Source of the DNA: an uncultured archaeon
Lineage (GTDB): Archaea > Iainarchaeota > Iainarchaeia > Iainarchaeales > JAAZKV01
DNA: 64,000 bases
Direction: 5' to 3'
Assembly: GCA_902385225.1 (NCBI GenBank)
Contig: CABMEU010000004.1
Coordinates: 20,662-84,661 of the forward strand
Shown here: in pieces, positions 42,432-52,008 of the stretch
Layout: every line of letters starts with the position of its first letter
Numbering within the stretch: the stretch's first letter is position 1
Position numbers and translations under genes: made by a program
The notes under the pieces: model-generated
The model's input: the letters and a program-made list of their open reading frames with translations, nothing else
Database searches by the model: none
What the model was told of the DNA's origin: nothing

Positions 42432-43313
42432 ATGAAAGTACTTATAACCGGCTCAAACGGATTCATAGGAAAATATGTTACTGAAGAACTACTGCGAAAA
42501 AAGCACAAGGTTATTGAATATGATTTTGTGAAGAAAAAAAACTTGTTCAACAAGCATGACTTGATAACTGAAATGAAGAATACTGACGCGGTGATACATC
42601 TGGCGGGGATGCTTGAGGGAAACGCAAGAGAAATGTGGAAATTAAATGTTGAGGGAACAAGACACGTTGCGGAGGCGGCTCAAAAAACAAAACAAAAAAA
42701 ACTTGTATTCATGAGCTCAACCGGAGTATATGGACTGACGAAAGGAAAAGTGGATGAGGAAAGCGAAATACACCCAGAAAACACTTATGAGAAAAGCAAA
42801 GCCGCAGGGGAACGAATCTGTATGGAAGTGTGCGGAGAAATGGAGGTTTGCATCGTCAGAAGCGCAATGGTGTTTGGGGCGAATAATTACTGGAGAAGAA
42901 TGTTCGGGCTGCTTAGGGAAAAATATCCACTTCCGTGCAGCGGAAAAAATCATTTTCAAATAATTTATGTAAAGGAACTTGCACAGGCAATAGTAAAAGT
43001 CCTTGAGAAAGGAAAAAACGGGGAAATTTATTTAATCGCCGGAAAAGAAAAGCCGACACTAAACGAATTCTGCGAAATTATACAAGTGGAACTTGGACTC
43101 AAAAAAGGAATAAAACATATGCCGACTTTTATCTCACTAATAATCGGAAAATTATTCGGGATAAAAGCGCTCACCGCAGAAAATGTAAGACACTTAAGCA
43201 AAGAAAGAAATTATGATACACGAAAAATTGAGAAACTCGGGTGGAGCCAAAAGATAACTCTTGAAAAAGCGATGAAAGAAGTTGTTAAAGATATTGGGAT
43301 AAAAAAAGAATAA
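42432..43313 (+). CDS. NAD-dependent epimerase/dehydratase (extended SDR)
   Basis: Rossmann motif VLITGSNGFIGKYV, catalytic YEKSK, and SST upstream. Confidence 0.85.
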   Translation: MKVLITGSNGFIGKYVTEELLRKKHKVIEYDFVKKKNLFNKHDLITEMKNTDAVIHLAGMLEGNAREMWKLNVEGTRHVAEAAQKTKQKKLVFMSSTGVYGLTKGKVDEESEIHPENTYEKSKAAGERICMEVCGEMEVCIVRSAMVFGANNYWRRMFGLLREKYPLPCSGKNHFQIIYVKELAQAIVKVLEKGKNGEIYLIAGKEKPTLNEFCEIIQVELGLKKGIKHMPTFISLIIGKLFGIKALTAENVRHLSKERNYDTRKIEKLGWSQKITLEKAMKEVVKDIGIKKE

Positions 43314-43319
43314 ACAAAG

Positions 43320-43655
43320 ATGAATACTATGATGACTCCCCAGCAGAGAAAGAGAACCGCAGAGTATAAAAAAAAGCTTTTTAGAAAACAAGTTAAAAGC
43401 GCAGAAGAAAAATTTGATGCGATACAAAATGCACGCATTCTTAGTCAGGAGGCCCACCTAAATGGTGTAAGGGATGTGCTTGGAGGCATGTTAATATCAA
43501 TCCACGAAGGTAAAACTTATCCCTCTTGGAAAAGTAATAATGGGCATATAATACGCGCCCTTAATTTCCTACTGGAACGAGCAAACAAAAAACCGTTTAA
43601 CGAAGCAGAACTAGAAGCAGCATATAAGAAAATGCAAATGAAATGGCAAAAATAA
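43320..43655 (+). CDS. Hypothetical protein (111 aa)
   Basis: Non-overlapping ORF with no motif. Confidence 0.35.
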   Translation: MNTMMTPQQRKRTAEYKKKLFRKQVKSAEEKFDAIQNARILSQEAHLNGVRDVLGGMLISIHEGKTYPSWKSNNGHIIRALNFLLERANKKPFNEAELEAAYKKMQMKWQK

Positions 43656-43660
43656 TCAAA

Positions 43661-44437
43661 TTACTTCTTCGCCTTTGCGCCTTTCTTAACTGAGTCAACC
43701 ATTTTTTCAAGTTTAAGTTTAATTTCCGCTTCTGATTTGGTTTTCTCTATTGCGCTGCCAACATGAACAATATCCGCCCCGCTTGAGATACAATCAAACG
43801 CGAATTCCGGAGTCCTTACTCCGCCCGCAACAATTAATGGAATATCAATTGAGGCTTTTGTCTGCGCAATCATTTCCTTTGGAGCGGGCTCCGGAGCGCC
43901 CCCGCCTGATTCTAAAATAACAATCTTTGAGCCCATGTACTGACCCGCAAGAGCTGTTGCTGCTGCGAGGTAACCCAAGTTCCTTGGGATTAACTGGGCT
44001 CTCCCCATAAAGCCAACTGCCCTTCCAGGCTCTACTATAATATACGAAGTCGGGATAACTTCAAGACCCATTTTTTTTATTGGAAAAGAGGCTGCTGTCT
44101 GTGCGCCTGAAATATAATAAGGGTCATTGGAGTTTAACATGGACATAAAATAAGTTGCATCAGCGAGCTTTGAGAGAGTCGCGATATTACCCGGGAAAAG
44201 AATTGTTGGAAGCGAGCACTTATCTTTAATTGCAATTAACGTATCATCCAATATTTTTCCCTGCGCGCCAAGAGAACCGCCAACCGCAATCGCGCTAGCC
44301 CCCGCTTTCTCAGCAATCTTTGCCATAGTGCCTGCTTGTTCGGGAGACTGATTTGGAGGGTCAATTACAAGGAACAACATTCCCGCCTGCTCCTTTAACT
44401 GCGAAAGCAATTTAGTGTAAACTTTTCCTTCCTTCAT
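43661..44437 (-). CDS. Geranylgeranylglyceryl phosphate synthase (PcrB/GGGPS family)
   Basis: LFLVIDPPNQ...GASAIAVGGSLG...LPTILFPGN...ADATYFMSMLNS.DPYYI...YIIVEPG...LESGGGAP.P...IPLIVAGGVRTPE...GADIVHVG follows the GGGPS TIM-barrel pattern. This is an archaeal lipid marker. Confidence 0.85.
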   Translation of the reverse strand: MKEGKVYTKLLSQLKEQAGMLFLVIDPPNQSPEQAGTMAKIAEKAGASAIAVGGSLGAQGKILDDTLIAIKDKCSLPTILFPGNIATLSKLADATYFMSMLNSNDPYYISGAQTAASFPIKKMGLEVIPTSYIIVEPGRAVGFMGRAQLIPRNLGYLAAATALAGQYMGSKIVILESGGGAPEPAPKEMIAQTKASIDIPLIVAGGVRTPEFAFDCISSGADIVHVGSAIEKTKSEAEIKLKLEKMVDSVKKGAKAKK

Positions 44438-44654
44438 TCAATCACTTCAATATTAAAAATAAGAGAAAAGGAGTATAAAAATGCTTTGATGGGCTTATCA
44501 AAAGGCGCGATAAAATGCGAGAAAAGCGCAATAGAACCGTGTAAAATGAATAACGGCAAAGCGCCCTCGAAAGGTTATAAAATCAATGCAAAGAGAAGAA
44601 TAGTAGAAGAAAGCGCTGGGAAAGGAATAACAAAAAGTCTTCTTTAGTGATATT

Positions 44655-45911
44655 ATGCAGACACAAAACACCGCACAAGTAATAACGGAACTTGCCACAA
44701 AAACCGGAAAGAGCGAAGCGGAGATTACTGAGCTTGTTAAAGCAAAAATAGATAAGTTCTCAGGGCTATTAACCGAACAGGGCGCTGTGTTTATGGTGCA
44801 AAAAGAACTCGGGATGGGAAAAGAACAACTCGAACAAATGCAAATCGGGCAAATTGAAGAAGGAATGAAAGGAATTGAGGTAAAGGGAATTGTTGAGGGA
44901 ATATTCCCGGCAAAAGAATTTGATAAAGGCGGAAAAAAAGGAAAATTAAAATCATTTATACTTAGCGACGGGACAGGAGAAGTCCGCGTTACACTTTGGA
45001 ATGACCAAGTTGACAAATATGATTTAACACGCGGGAGTGAAGTAAAAATAAGCAATGTGCTTGTAAGCAAATTCAATGAAAAAAAACAAATCACACTCGG
45101 ATTTAACGGGACAATTGAAATTTTAAATAAAAAAGAGGAAGAGTTTGAGAAACTCTCAAACCTTAAGAGCGCGATGACGAGCGTCAATGTCGTGGGAAGA
45201 ATTATGAGAAAATTCCCGTGCAAGGACTTTGAAACTACTGACAGGAAGGGAAAACTCTGCTCATTTCAGATAAGCGACGGGAGCGCGATGCTGAGAGCAA
45301 CCGCGTGGAATGAAAAAGCGAATGAACTTGAAAAATTTGAGGAAGGAAACGCTATTGAAATAAAAAATGCTTACACAAAAGAAGGCAGATTTGGGGTAGA
45401 AATGCACCTTGGGTACAGCGCGCAAATAGCGGAAACAAAAAAAGAGGTTGCGAGCAGCGCTGAACTCATGAAGGACTCTTTAAAAGAAAAAAAGATTTCT
45501 GAAATACTGCCGGGAGAGAACGCAATAATAATTGGAACAATTAACGGCGTTGAAAAAGGAAACCTGGCTTATGATGTATGCAAAAAGTGCAACAAAAAAA
45601 TAACGCGCACGGAGAACGGGGTCTTATGCGAAACGTGCGGAGAAACTGAGGTTCGGAAGAACGCGGTTGTTGGCGTAATTGTGCAAGATGAAACGGGAGA
45701 AATCAAAACAACAATGTTCCGTGAAAACGCGCTCAAAACAATCGGAATGAACCAGGAAGAACTTGAGAAGACTTTGGCGGAAAAGCCAATTGATGTTGTA
45801 ATTGCTGAACTCAACGGGAAACTAATCGGAAAACAAATCAAGGTACTCGGGTATATGAAAACGAACCAGTTCTCCGGAAATAATGAGTTTATGGCGAAGG
45901 AAATAATTTAA
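44655..45911 (+). CDS. Replication protein A-like ssDNA-binding protein (multiple OB folds plus a zinc ribbon)
   Basis: It has repeated OB-fold modules (GIEVKGIVEGIFPAKEF...GEVRVTLWNDQV; VNVVGRIMRKF...AMLRATAWNEKA) and CKKCNKK...CETCG. Confidence 0.75.
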   Translation: MQTQNTAQVITELATKTGKSEAEITELVKAKIDKFSGLLTEQGAVFMVQKELGMGKEQLEQMQIGQIEEGMKGIEVKGIVEGIFPAKEFDKGGKKGKLKSFILSDGTGEVRVTLWNDQVDKYDLTRGSEVKISNVLVSKFNEKKQITLGFNGTIEILNKKEEEFEKLSNLKSAMTSVNVVGRIMRKFPCKDFETTDRKGKLCSFQISDGSAMLRATAWNEKANELEKFEEGNAIEIKNAYTKEGRFGVEMHLGYSAQIAETKKEVASSAELMKDSLKEKKISEILPGENAIIIGTINGVEKGNLAYDVCKKCNKKITRTENGVLCETCGETEVRKNAVVGVIVQDETGEIKTTMFRENALKTIGMNQEELEKTLAEKPIDVVIAELNGKLIGKQIKVLGYMKTNQFSGNNEFMAKEII

Positions 45912-46478
45912 TTAAGACTTAATTTTTGAGAGCAGAGTCTCAATTTCCTTTTCTAAATTCCCAACCGCACCATTATTGTCCAAACGATACTCTGCATCAG
46001 AAATACACTTTGACATCTGCATTCTCGCGGGGTCCTTATCCTTAAGCTCGCGGTCCTGCTTCATCTTAAACTCCTCAAAACTCCCAACATCTCCGTGCTC
46101 CCCGGGAGAAGCTTTTACCCGCGCAAGAGTACGCTCAAACCTTGTCTTTAAATCTGCAAAAACTTCGACAATCACTCCCCCCTTTGATTTAATCAAATCC
46201 ACTTCTGCGGGGTGCCTAAGAGAAGTTATTACAAGATTATTCTTTGGGGAATAATTTGCAAGCGGAGCGCGAGCCCAGTAATCGTGCCCGAACTTCTGGC
46301 GATTACCGTCACCCATTTCACGCATTTCACTCCTATCTTTGTAATTTTTACCCAATCTTTTTAGCTCCTTACGAACCTCCTCGCCAAGGTCAACATGAAC
46401 AAAAGAATATTTATCTACCAAGTATTGGGCAACGGTATCTTTCCCCGAACCATTCAAACCAACAATCCCAATCAGCAT
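45912..46478 (-). CDS. P-loop nucleotide/nucleoside kinase (dephospho-CoA-kinase / UPF0200-like)
   Basis: The product starts MLIGIVGLNGSGKDTVAQYLV from the ATG at 46478. The longer track ORF (to 46643) would overlap the divergent gene at 46549. Confidence 0.6.
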   Translation of the reverse strand: MLIGIVGLNGSGKDTVAQYLVDKYSFVHVDLGEEVRKELKRLGKNYKDRSEMREMGDGNRQKFGHDYWARAPLANYSPKNNLVITSLRHPAEVDLIKSKGGVIVEVFADLKTRFERTLARVKASPGEHGDVGSFEEFKMKQDRELKDKDPARMQMSKCISDAEYRLDNNGAVGNLEKEIETLLSKIKS

Positions 46479-46548
46479 AACAACACCGAAAAAATTAGGG
46501 AGGAGAATTGTTTTTAATACCAACCAAGCCAAACTAATTTGTGGTAAA

Positions 46549-47178
46549 ATGGATGAGAAAGTTCTTGCAGTGAAACGAAAGGATTTGTTCGGCGCGCAGG
46601 ATGAGAAAAAGTTTGACGGTTTTTTACCTGAAGGAAAGTTCACACTTAATGAAGAAACAATGAAAAAAGCTGTTTTTATTTACCGAAAAGTCGCAAAAGA
46701 GGGGCAATTAAAACCCGCTGAAGAGGATGAGGAATACAAACAAATAATCGCATACTTAATACTTACACATAAAGGAAAAGTGTTTTGCTACAAAAGAACC
46801 GAAAAAGCAGGGGAGAAGAGACTGCACAGCAATTATTCAATCGGAGTGGGCGGGCACATAAATCCGATTGACCTTGAAAAAAAATCTGATCTCATCAAAA
46901 AAAGCATGGAGAGAGAGTTTGAGGAAGAAGTTTTGTATACAGGAGAAAAAAAATCGCGAATACTCGGTTACATAAACGATGATTCAAATTCAGTCGGGAG
47001 AGTCCACTTGGGGCTTGTATATGAAATGGAACTCGCAAATGAAAATGTGAAATTGAATGAAAAAGAACTTGATGAGGGAAACCTACTCACACTTGCAGAA
47101 ATAAGAGAAAAGTATGAACAACTTGAAAACTGGAGCAAAATAACTTTTGATTATCTTGAGAAAAATTGGAAGAACTAA
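46549..47178 (+). CDS. Nudix-fold (MutT-family) predicted phosphoesterase
   Basis: Nudix-like segment GVGGHINPIDLEKKSDLIKKSMEREFEEEV. The overall layout resembles the COG4112-type proteins as I recall them. Confidence 0.5.
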   Translation: MDEKVLAVKRKDLFGAQDEKKFDGFLPEGKFTLNEETMKKAVFIYRKVAKEGQLKPAEEDEEYKQIIAYLILTHKGKVFCYKRTEKAGEKRLHSNYSIGVGGHINPIDLEKKSDLIKKSMEREFEEEVLYTGEKKSRILGYINDDSNSVGRVHLGLVYEMELANENVKLNEKELDEGNLLTLAEIREKYEQLENWSKITFDYLEKNWKN

Positions 47179-47205
47179 CACTCTGCTGAAAACTTGGTGC
47201 TTTAA

Positions 47206-47730
47206 TTATTCTTTGGCTGAGTTTAACACATCACTCACAACTTTCAGCATTTTCTCGCTATCAATAGCAAGTTTTCTATACTTAACGCCGGAGCAGTTAA
47301 AAATCTCTTCGGTTCTTGGAACCTCTTCTTTATAATGTTTCAAGAAAATAACTTCCTTAATTCCCGCAGAGGCAATTAATTTCGCACACTCGTTGCAGGG
47401 AAAATGCAGGCAGTACATTGTGGCGCCATGAACATCGGTTGCGTGATTCTGAACAAGAGCATTCGCCTCGGCATGAGTTGCAAGACAATGACCTGTATTC
47501 TTCTTACTCCAATCTACATTAGCGACATCCTTTCTGCAGTAACCAAGCTCAAAACCCGATGGCACTCCTGGAGCCGGACCATTATACCCTGAGGCGACTA
47601 TTCGCTTATCCTTCACAATAACCGCGCCTGATTTGAATTTAATGCAGGAAGCGCGCGTTGCGATTGCAACAGCAGAAAGCATGAAATACTCATCCCAAGA
47701 CGGTCTCAATAAACCCTTTTTTTCTTCCAT
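47206..47730 (-). CDS. Deoxycytidylate (dCMP) deaminase
   Basis: Zinc motifs HAEANAL and PCNECAKLI, plus WDEYFM..A...A.R..C. Confidence 0.88.
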   Translation of the reverse strand: MEEKKGLLRPSWDEYFMLSAVAIATRASCIKFKSGAVIVKDKRIVASGYNGPAPGVPSGFELGYCRKDVANVDWSKKNTGHCLATHAEANALVQNHATDVHGATMYCLHFPCNECAKLIASAGIKEVIFLKHYKEEVPRTEEIFNCSGVKYRKLAIDSEKMLKVVSDVLNSAKE

Positions 47731-47791
47731 AAAAATACCGCAACTAAAACAAATTAATTATAAATCAAAACAATTAAAATGATTGGCAAAA

Positions 47792-48490
47792 CTACTCCCC
47801 GCGGAGCTTTACATCCACACTCTCTTTTGCTTCTGAAATGAACGCCTTAATCTGGGCAAGCTTCATTGGCTTTAATTTTCTTGATTTTGGGTCAAGAGCA
47901 CGCGGAGCTTGGAACTGCTGAAGGAACCATTTCTCGCCTTTTAGAAAATGAGATATTTCCGTTAGGTCGACTGTTGTAAGCCTGGGGTAAAGAGTGGTTC
48001 TAAATTCGTGCGCAACACCTGAGGCGCGAATCAAATCAACTGATTCCTGAATCTTTTCAAATGGAAGTTTTGATTGAGTAATTTCGTGGTATTTTGACTG
48101 GGGCGCCTTAAAATCCATCGCAACATAATCCAAGAGATTCTCAGAGAAGAGTTTTTTTAGAACTTTTGGGTTTGTGCCATTCGTGTCAAGTTTTACTAAA
48201 AATCCAAGAGATTTAATCTTCTTTATGAAATTATGGATCCCCGGGGAAACAGTAGGCTCGCCCCCAGTAATTACAACCCCGTCAAGCATTTTCTTATTCT
48301 TCTCAAGGAAAGCGAAGAAATCCTTTTCCTCAATTAACTCCCTCTTTCCTTTTTTAAAATATTTAAATGAAGTAAGCTCTTTGTTATAACAAAATTTGCA
48401 CTTATAATTGCAATTCACGAGAAATACTATGCACGCAACCTTGTTTGGAAAATCCATTAAAGTGGTTTTTTGAAGCGCCCCTATAAACAT
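47792..48490 (-). CDS. nrdG: Anaerobic ribonucleotide reductase activating protein (radical SAM)
   Basis: CNYKCKFCYN (CxxxCxxC) and GVVITGGEPT. It is adjacent to nrdD. Confidence 0.85.
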   Translation of the reverse strand: MFIGALQKTTLMDFPNKVACIVFLVNCNYKCKFCYNKELTSFKYFKKGKRELIEEKDFFAFLEKNKKMLDGVVITGGEPTVSPGIHNFIKKIKSLGFLVKLDTNGTNPKVLKKLFSENLLDYVAMDFKAPQSKYHEITQSKLPFEKIQESVDLIRASGVAHEFRTTLYPRLTTVDLTEISHFLKGEKWFLQQFQAPRALDPKSRKLKPMKLAQIKAFISEAKESVDVKLRGE

Positions 48491-48651
48491 TACAACACCA
48501 AGCTAGCGAATTATTCATCAAACAATATAAAAATACAAAATATCAATCGAAAGGAAAATAAAATTTAAATAAAAAAAGAATTACTGCGCAAGAAAGGCAC
48601 GGTAAAAAGCACGCGTACTTTTCACCGTTAAATGAAATCCTTTTCGCAAGG

Positions 48652-48801
48652 TTACTGACAGCCGCAGTCGCCCTTTGGCTCAACAGCTGAATCAAATTTC
48701 TTTCTGTCGGCGAACTCGGCCTGCTTTGAGTCATTCCAATTGCTTACTGGTCTTATGTAACCAACAACTCTGCTATACACTTCGCATTTTGTTTTAACCA
48801 T
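48652..48801 (-). CDS. Stand-alone glycyl-radical segment of class III ribonucleotide reductase (49 aa)
   Basis: My own translation reads MVKTKCEVYSRVVGYIRPVSNWNDSKQAEFADRKKFDSAVEPKGDCGCQ*. It contains the NrdD C-terminal glycyl-radical motif RVxGY followed by WN..K..EF..RK. GGGGTGA lies 4 nt upstream of the ATG. It is below the track length cutoff. The track's 48543..48734 ORF is in a different frame and looks spurious. Confidence 0.7.
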   Translation of the reverse strand: MVKTKCEVYSRVVGYIRPVSNWNDSKQAEFADRKKFDSAVEPKGDCGCQ

Positions 48802-48932
48802 ACTTTCACCCCTAATTTCTTCCAAAAACGCATTAACTCTCTTAACGCATTTTTAAAAATCATTCAATCATTTAACGCTACCTATTACAACACATCCATG
48901 TAAAAACATTTCGCAACCACTTTGCCGCCCTC

Positions 48933-50978
48933 TTACTCCTGCTCACACACCGGGCAGTATTCATGCTCCCCTGATAAATAACCATGAATCGGACAAATAC
49001 TAAAGCTTGGAGTTAATGAGAAGTAAGGCATCTTGTAATTTGTCGCAATCTTCTTCACTAAATTCTTTGTCGCTTCCTTTGAAGGCAATTTCTCTCCAAG
49101 GAAAACGTGGAATACTGTTCCCCCAGTGTACCTAGTCTGCAATGGGTCCTGCAAATCAAGGGACTCAAATAAATCTAATCCCAAATTTACCGGGATCTGA
49201 GAGGAGTTTGTATAATACGGCGCAACCCCGTGCTCCTTTACCTGCTTATCATTTGAAACAATAATCTCCGGATATTGTTTCTTATCAGCCCAGGCGAATC
49301 TCCTTGAGGTCCCCTCGCCGGGAGTCGCTTCAAGGTTAAAAATATCCCCGGTTTCATCCTGGTAACCTTGAATTCTATCACGCATAAAATCAAGAATCTT
49401 AATTGAGAACGCCGCACCCTCCTTTGAAGCAATATTTTTTCCCATATAATTAATCAAAGCCTCATTCATTCCAAGAAGACCAATTGTCGAGAAGTGATTT
49501 GTCCAATACTGCCCTGTCTGTTCCTTAATTCCTCTCAAATAAAATTTTGAGTAAGGATACAAGCCCTGCTCCGTGAGACGCTCAAGAGTTTTTCTTTTAA
49601 TTACCAGGGATTCTTTCGCTAAATCCATTAAGTGACCTAATTTTTCAAAAAATACTTCCTCGGTTTTTGCCTTGAAGCCAATTCGCGGCATATTAATTGT
49701 CACAACCCCAATTGAACCTGTTAGAGGATTTGCTCCGAATAATCCGCCCCCTCTTTTGTTCAGCATTCTATTATCTAATCGAAGTCTGCAGCACATTGAG
49801 CGCGCATCTTCGGGCTTCATATCAGAATTAATATAATTTGAGAAATAAGGAATACCATACTTTGCAGTCATATCCCAAATGCCATCATACTTTTCTGAAT
49901 CCCAATCAAAATCTTTTGTAATATTATAAGTTGGGATTGGAAAAGTGAAGGGCCTTCCGTTCGCGTCCCCCTCAACCATTACTTCAGTAAATGCCTGATT
50001 GAACAAATCCATTTCGTCCTGGAAATCGGAGTAAGTAAGTTCAGTTGGTTTACCGCCAATAATTACAGGGTCGTGCGCAATATGCGGAGGAACAATCAAA
50101 TCCATTGTTACATTAGTAAAAGGACACTGGAAGCCAACTCTAGTCGGAACTGCCACATTGAAAACAAATTCCTGAAGAACCTGCTTTACTTCTTTGTAAG
50201 AAAGATTATCATATCTAATGAATGGAGCTAAATAAGTGTCAAAGTTACTGAATGCCTGAGCACCAGCCGCCTCACCCTGCATTGTGTAAAAGAAATTTAC
50301 TACTTGACCGAGCGCCGAGCGAAGATGCTTTGCGGGCTTTGAGGCAATTTTTCCTTTAACCCCTGTGAAACCTTCAAGCAAAAGTTGTTTTAGGTCCCAG
50401 CCAACACAATAAACCGCGAGCACATCAAGGTCATGAATATGCATATCCGCTGCCTTATGAGCCTCAGCAATCTCTCTTGGATAAATTCTTCCTAACCAAT
50501 AATTTGAAACTACTCTACCCGCGATATTAAAGTTCATTCCCTGCAAAGAATAAGCCATGTTACTGTTTTCCCTTACTCTCCAGTCCTCTTGAGTGATATA
50601 TTGGTTAATTATCTCAAAATTATTCACCATATCCTCGGTTTTTCGCAAGAGTTCGCGCTGGTGGCGGTAAAGAATATAGGCTTTTGCGGTCTTATCGTGC
50701 CCGCCCTTAATCAAAGTGGATTCAACAATATCCTGAATCTGCTCAACTGATGGAACTGCGTCGCCGCGAAACTGATCCTCAACCCTATCAATAACCCTTT
50801 TAGCAATCTCATCAGATTTTTTTCTATCCGAGCCGCCAACGGCCTGCACAGCCTTCCAAATAGCAATACCAATCTTTGATTCATCAAAAACGGCTTTAGA
50901 ACCATCACGTTTAATCACAAATTTAGGCACCAGGCACCAACCCCAACTAATTTTTCGTCTAAAAAAACTCTTCTCCAA
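48933..50978 (-). CDS. nrdD: Anaerobic ribonucleoside-triphosphate reductase (class III) large part, lacking the C-terminal glycyl-radical segment
   Basis: ATP-cone start VIKRDGSKAVFDESKI, core motifs (MCCRLRL, GNLEATPGE) and a C-terminal Zn-site remnant CPIHG...CPVCEQE*. The likely true start is GTG at 50918 (GGTG 9 nt upstream); the track start at 50978 is TTG. Confidence 0.9.
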   Translation of the reverse strand: MEKSFFRRKISWGWCLVPKFVIKRDGSKAVFDESKIGIAIWKAVQAVGGSDRKKSDEIAKRVIDRVEDQFRGDAVPSVEQIQDIVESTLIKGGHDKTAKAYILYRHQRELLRKTEDMVNNFEIINQYITQEDWRVRENSNMAYSLQGMNFNIAGRVVSNYWLGRIYPREIAEAHKAADMHIHDLDVLAVYCVGWDLKQLLLEGFTGVKGKIASKPAKHLRSALGQVVNFFYTMQGEAAGAQAFSNFDTYLAPFIRYDNLSYKEVKQVLQEFVFNVAVPTRVGFQCPFTNVTMDLIVPPHIAHDPVIIGGKPTELTYSDFQDEMDLFNQAFTEVMVEGDANGRPFTFPIPTYNITKDFDWDSEKYDGIWDMTAKYGIPYFSNYINSDMKPEDARSMCCRLRLDNRMLNKRGGGLFGANPLTGSIGVVTINMPRIGFKAKTEEVFFEKLGHLMDLAKESLVIKRKTLERLTEQGLYPYSKFYLRGIKEQTGQYWTNHFSTIGLLGMNEALINYMGKNIASKEGAAFSIKILDFMRDRIQGYQDETGDIFNLEATPGEGTSRRFAWADKKQYPEIIVSNDKQVKEHGVAPYYTNSSQIPVNLGLDLFESLDLQDPLQTRYTGGTVFHVFLGEKLPSKEATKNLVKKIATNYKMPYFSLTPSFSICPIHGYLSGEHEYCPVCEQE

Positions 50979-51275
50979 TGAATTTTTAAAAAGCTTTGAT
51001 AGTGATGTTTCTCTTATATAAAAACCTTACCGTGGAGAAAAAAGAAGTTTGGTAAAAGAACCACAATAACACCCCTTTCATTAGCAAAACCAAAAAAATG
51101 TCCAAGAAAAGAGAAAAATGAGTGGAAAAACTAACAAAAACCACAAAATAAGTTAGGAAAATCGTCCAGGAGTGTGTGCGAGAAAAAAAATAAATCATAA
51201 ACTAATAGAAAAAAGTTAAACAAAAAAATAATAAGTTCGAGAACAAATTAATTTTAAGAAAAAAATCAAAAACAA

Positions 51276-51938
51276 TCAAAATTTATCGGCGAGCGGGATA
51301 AAAATATATTTCTTATCCTTAATTCCTGCAAAAAGAAGGTTCTGAATAGAAAGCCCAGAGTTTCTGCTGGCTTCAGCAGCACAAGCAAGCATCTGTTTTG
51401 CTGTAACCCATTCATTGTCACGGGCAAACCTAAGAAAAAACTCCTGCGCGCCCTTGGAATGATGGGCTGGGGAGACAATTTCTTCAACACTCGGGAGATT
51501 TGTTTTAGCCATTGCAACAAATTCCTGGTTTAAGGAGTAAATGTGGGGTTTTCTTAAAACCCAAGGGTGTTTTTTTGGCATCCTGTTTGCCTTCTCGACA
51601 GAAGAATTCAAAAAACTTATCAGCCTTGAAGCAGTGGTTCCATGAACAGCTTTAACTACAAGCTTGCCCAAATGAGGATAATTTCTTGAAACATCAAAAA
51701 CCCTCACTCTCCCCCCAAAGAATTTTTTTACCACTCTGAACGCTGCATTAACTGAAGTTTTAGTCTCAACAGTCCTTAGCCAAGCGGGAGAAAAACTATT
51801 AGGGGAAGCACGTGAATCAATTACTTTGCCTCTTAAAAAGAAACGCCGTGCATTTGCTTTTCCTTTGCCCTTGTCACTGCGATGAATAAGAAAACTTATG
51901 CGCTGATTTAGCGAAGAGGGCAAGGCACGAGAAACCAT
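51276..51938 (-). CDS. Hypothetical protein (220 aa)
   Basis: Non-overlapping ORF with a basic N-terminus. No motif recognised. Confidence 0.4.
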   Translation of the reverse strand: MVSRALPSSLNQRISFLIHRSDKGKGKANARRFFLRGKVIDSRASPNSFSPAWLRTVETKTSVNAAFRVVKKFFGGRVRVFDVSRNYPHLGKLVVKAVHGTTASRLISFLNSSVEKANRMPKKHPWVLRKPHIYSLNQEFVAMAKTNLPSVEEIVSPAHHSKGAQEFFLRFARDNEWVTAKQMLACAAEASRNSGLSIQNLLFAGIKDKKYIFIPLADKF

Positions 51939-52008
51939 GACTAAAATATACTTAGCAAATATTTAAACTAAGCCCCCTGAAGAAAATGAGATAAAACAAA
52001 ATGAGAGA

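Noticed and set aside
44498-45223. A 241-aa minus-strand ORF overlapping the RPA gene
   Set aside because: It is antisense to a well-supported OB-fold/zinc-ribbon gene, and its composition (Phe/Ser/Leu/Cys-rich) is typical of a shadow ORF.
48802-48932. The spacer between the two nrdD pieces as an intein or group I intron (T4 nrdD carries an intron)
   Set aside because: 131 nt is too short for either. It has stops in every frame, and the downstream piece has its own RBS and start codon in a different frame. A genuinely split gene or a degraded insertion scar fits better.
50986-51198. A 70-aa minus-strand ORF in the AT-rich spacer upstream of nrdD
   Set aside because: It lies upstream of the TATA-like element (51013..51024) and likely start of nrdD. 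It is hydrophobic and Phe-rich, as expected from random AT-rich sequence.
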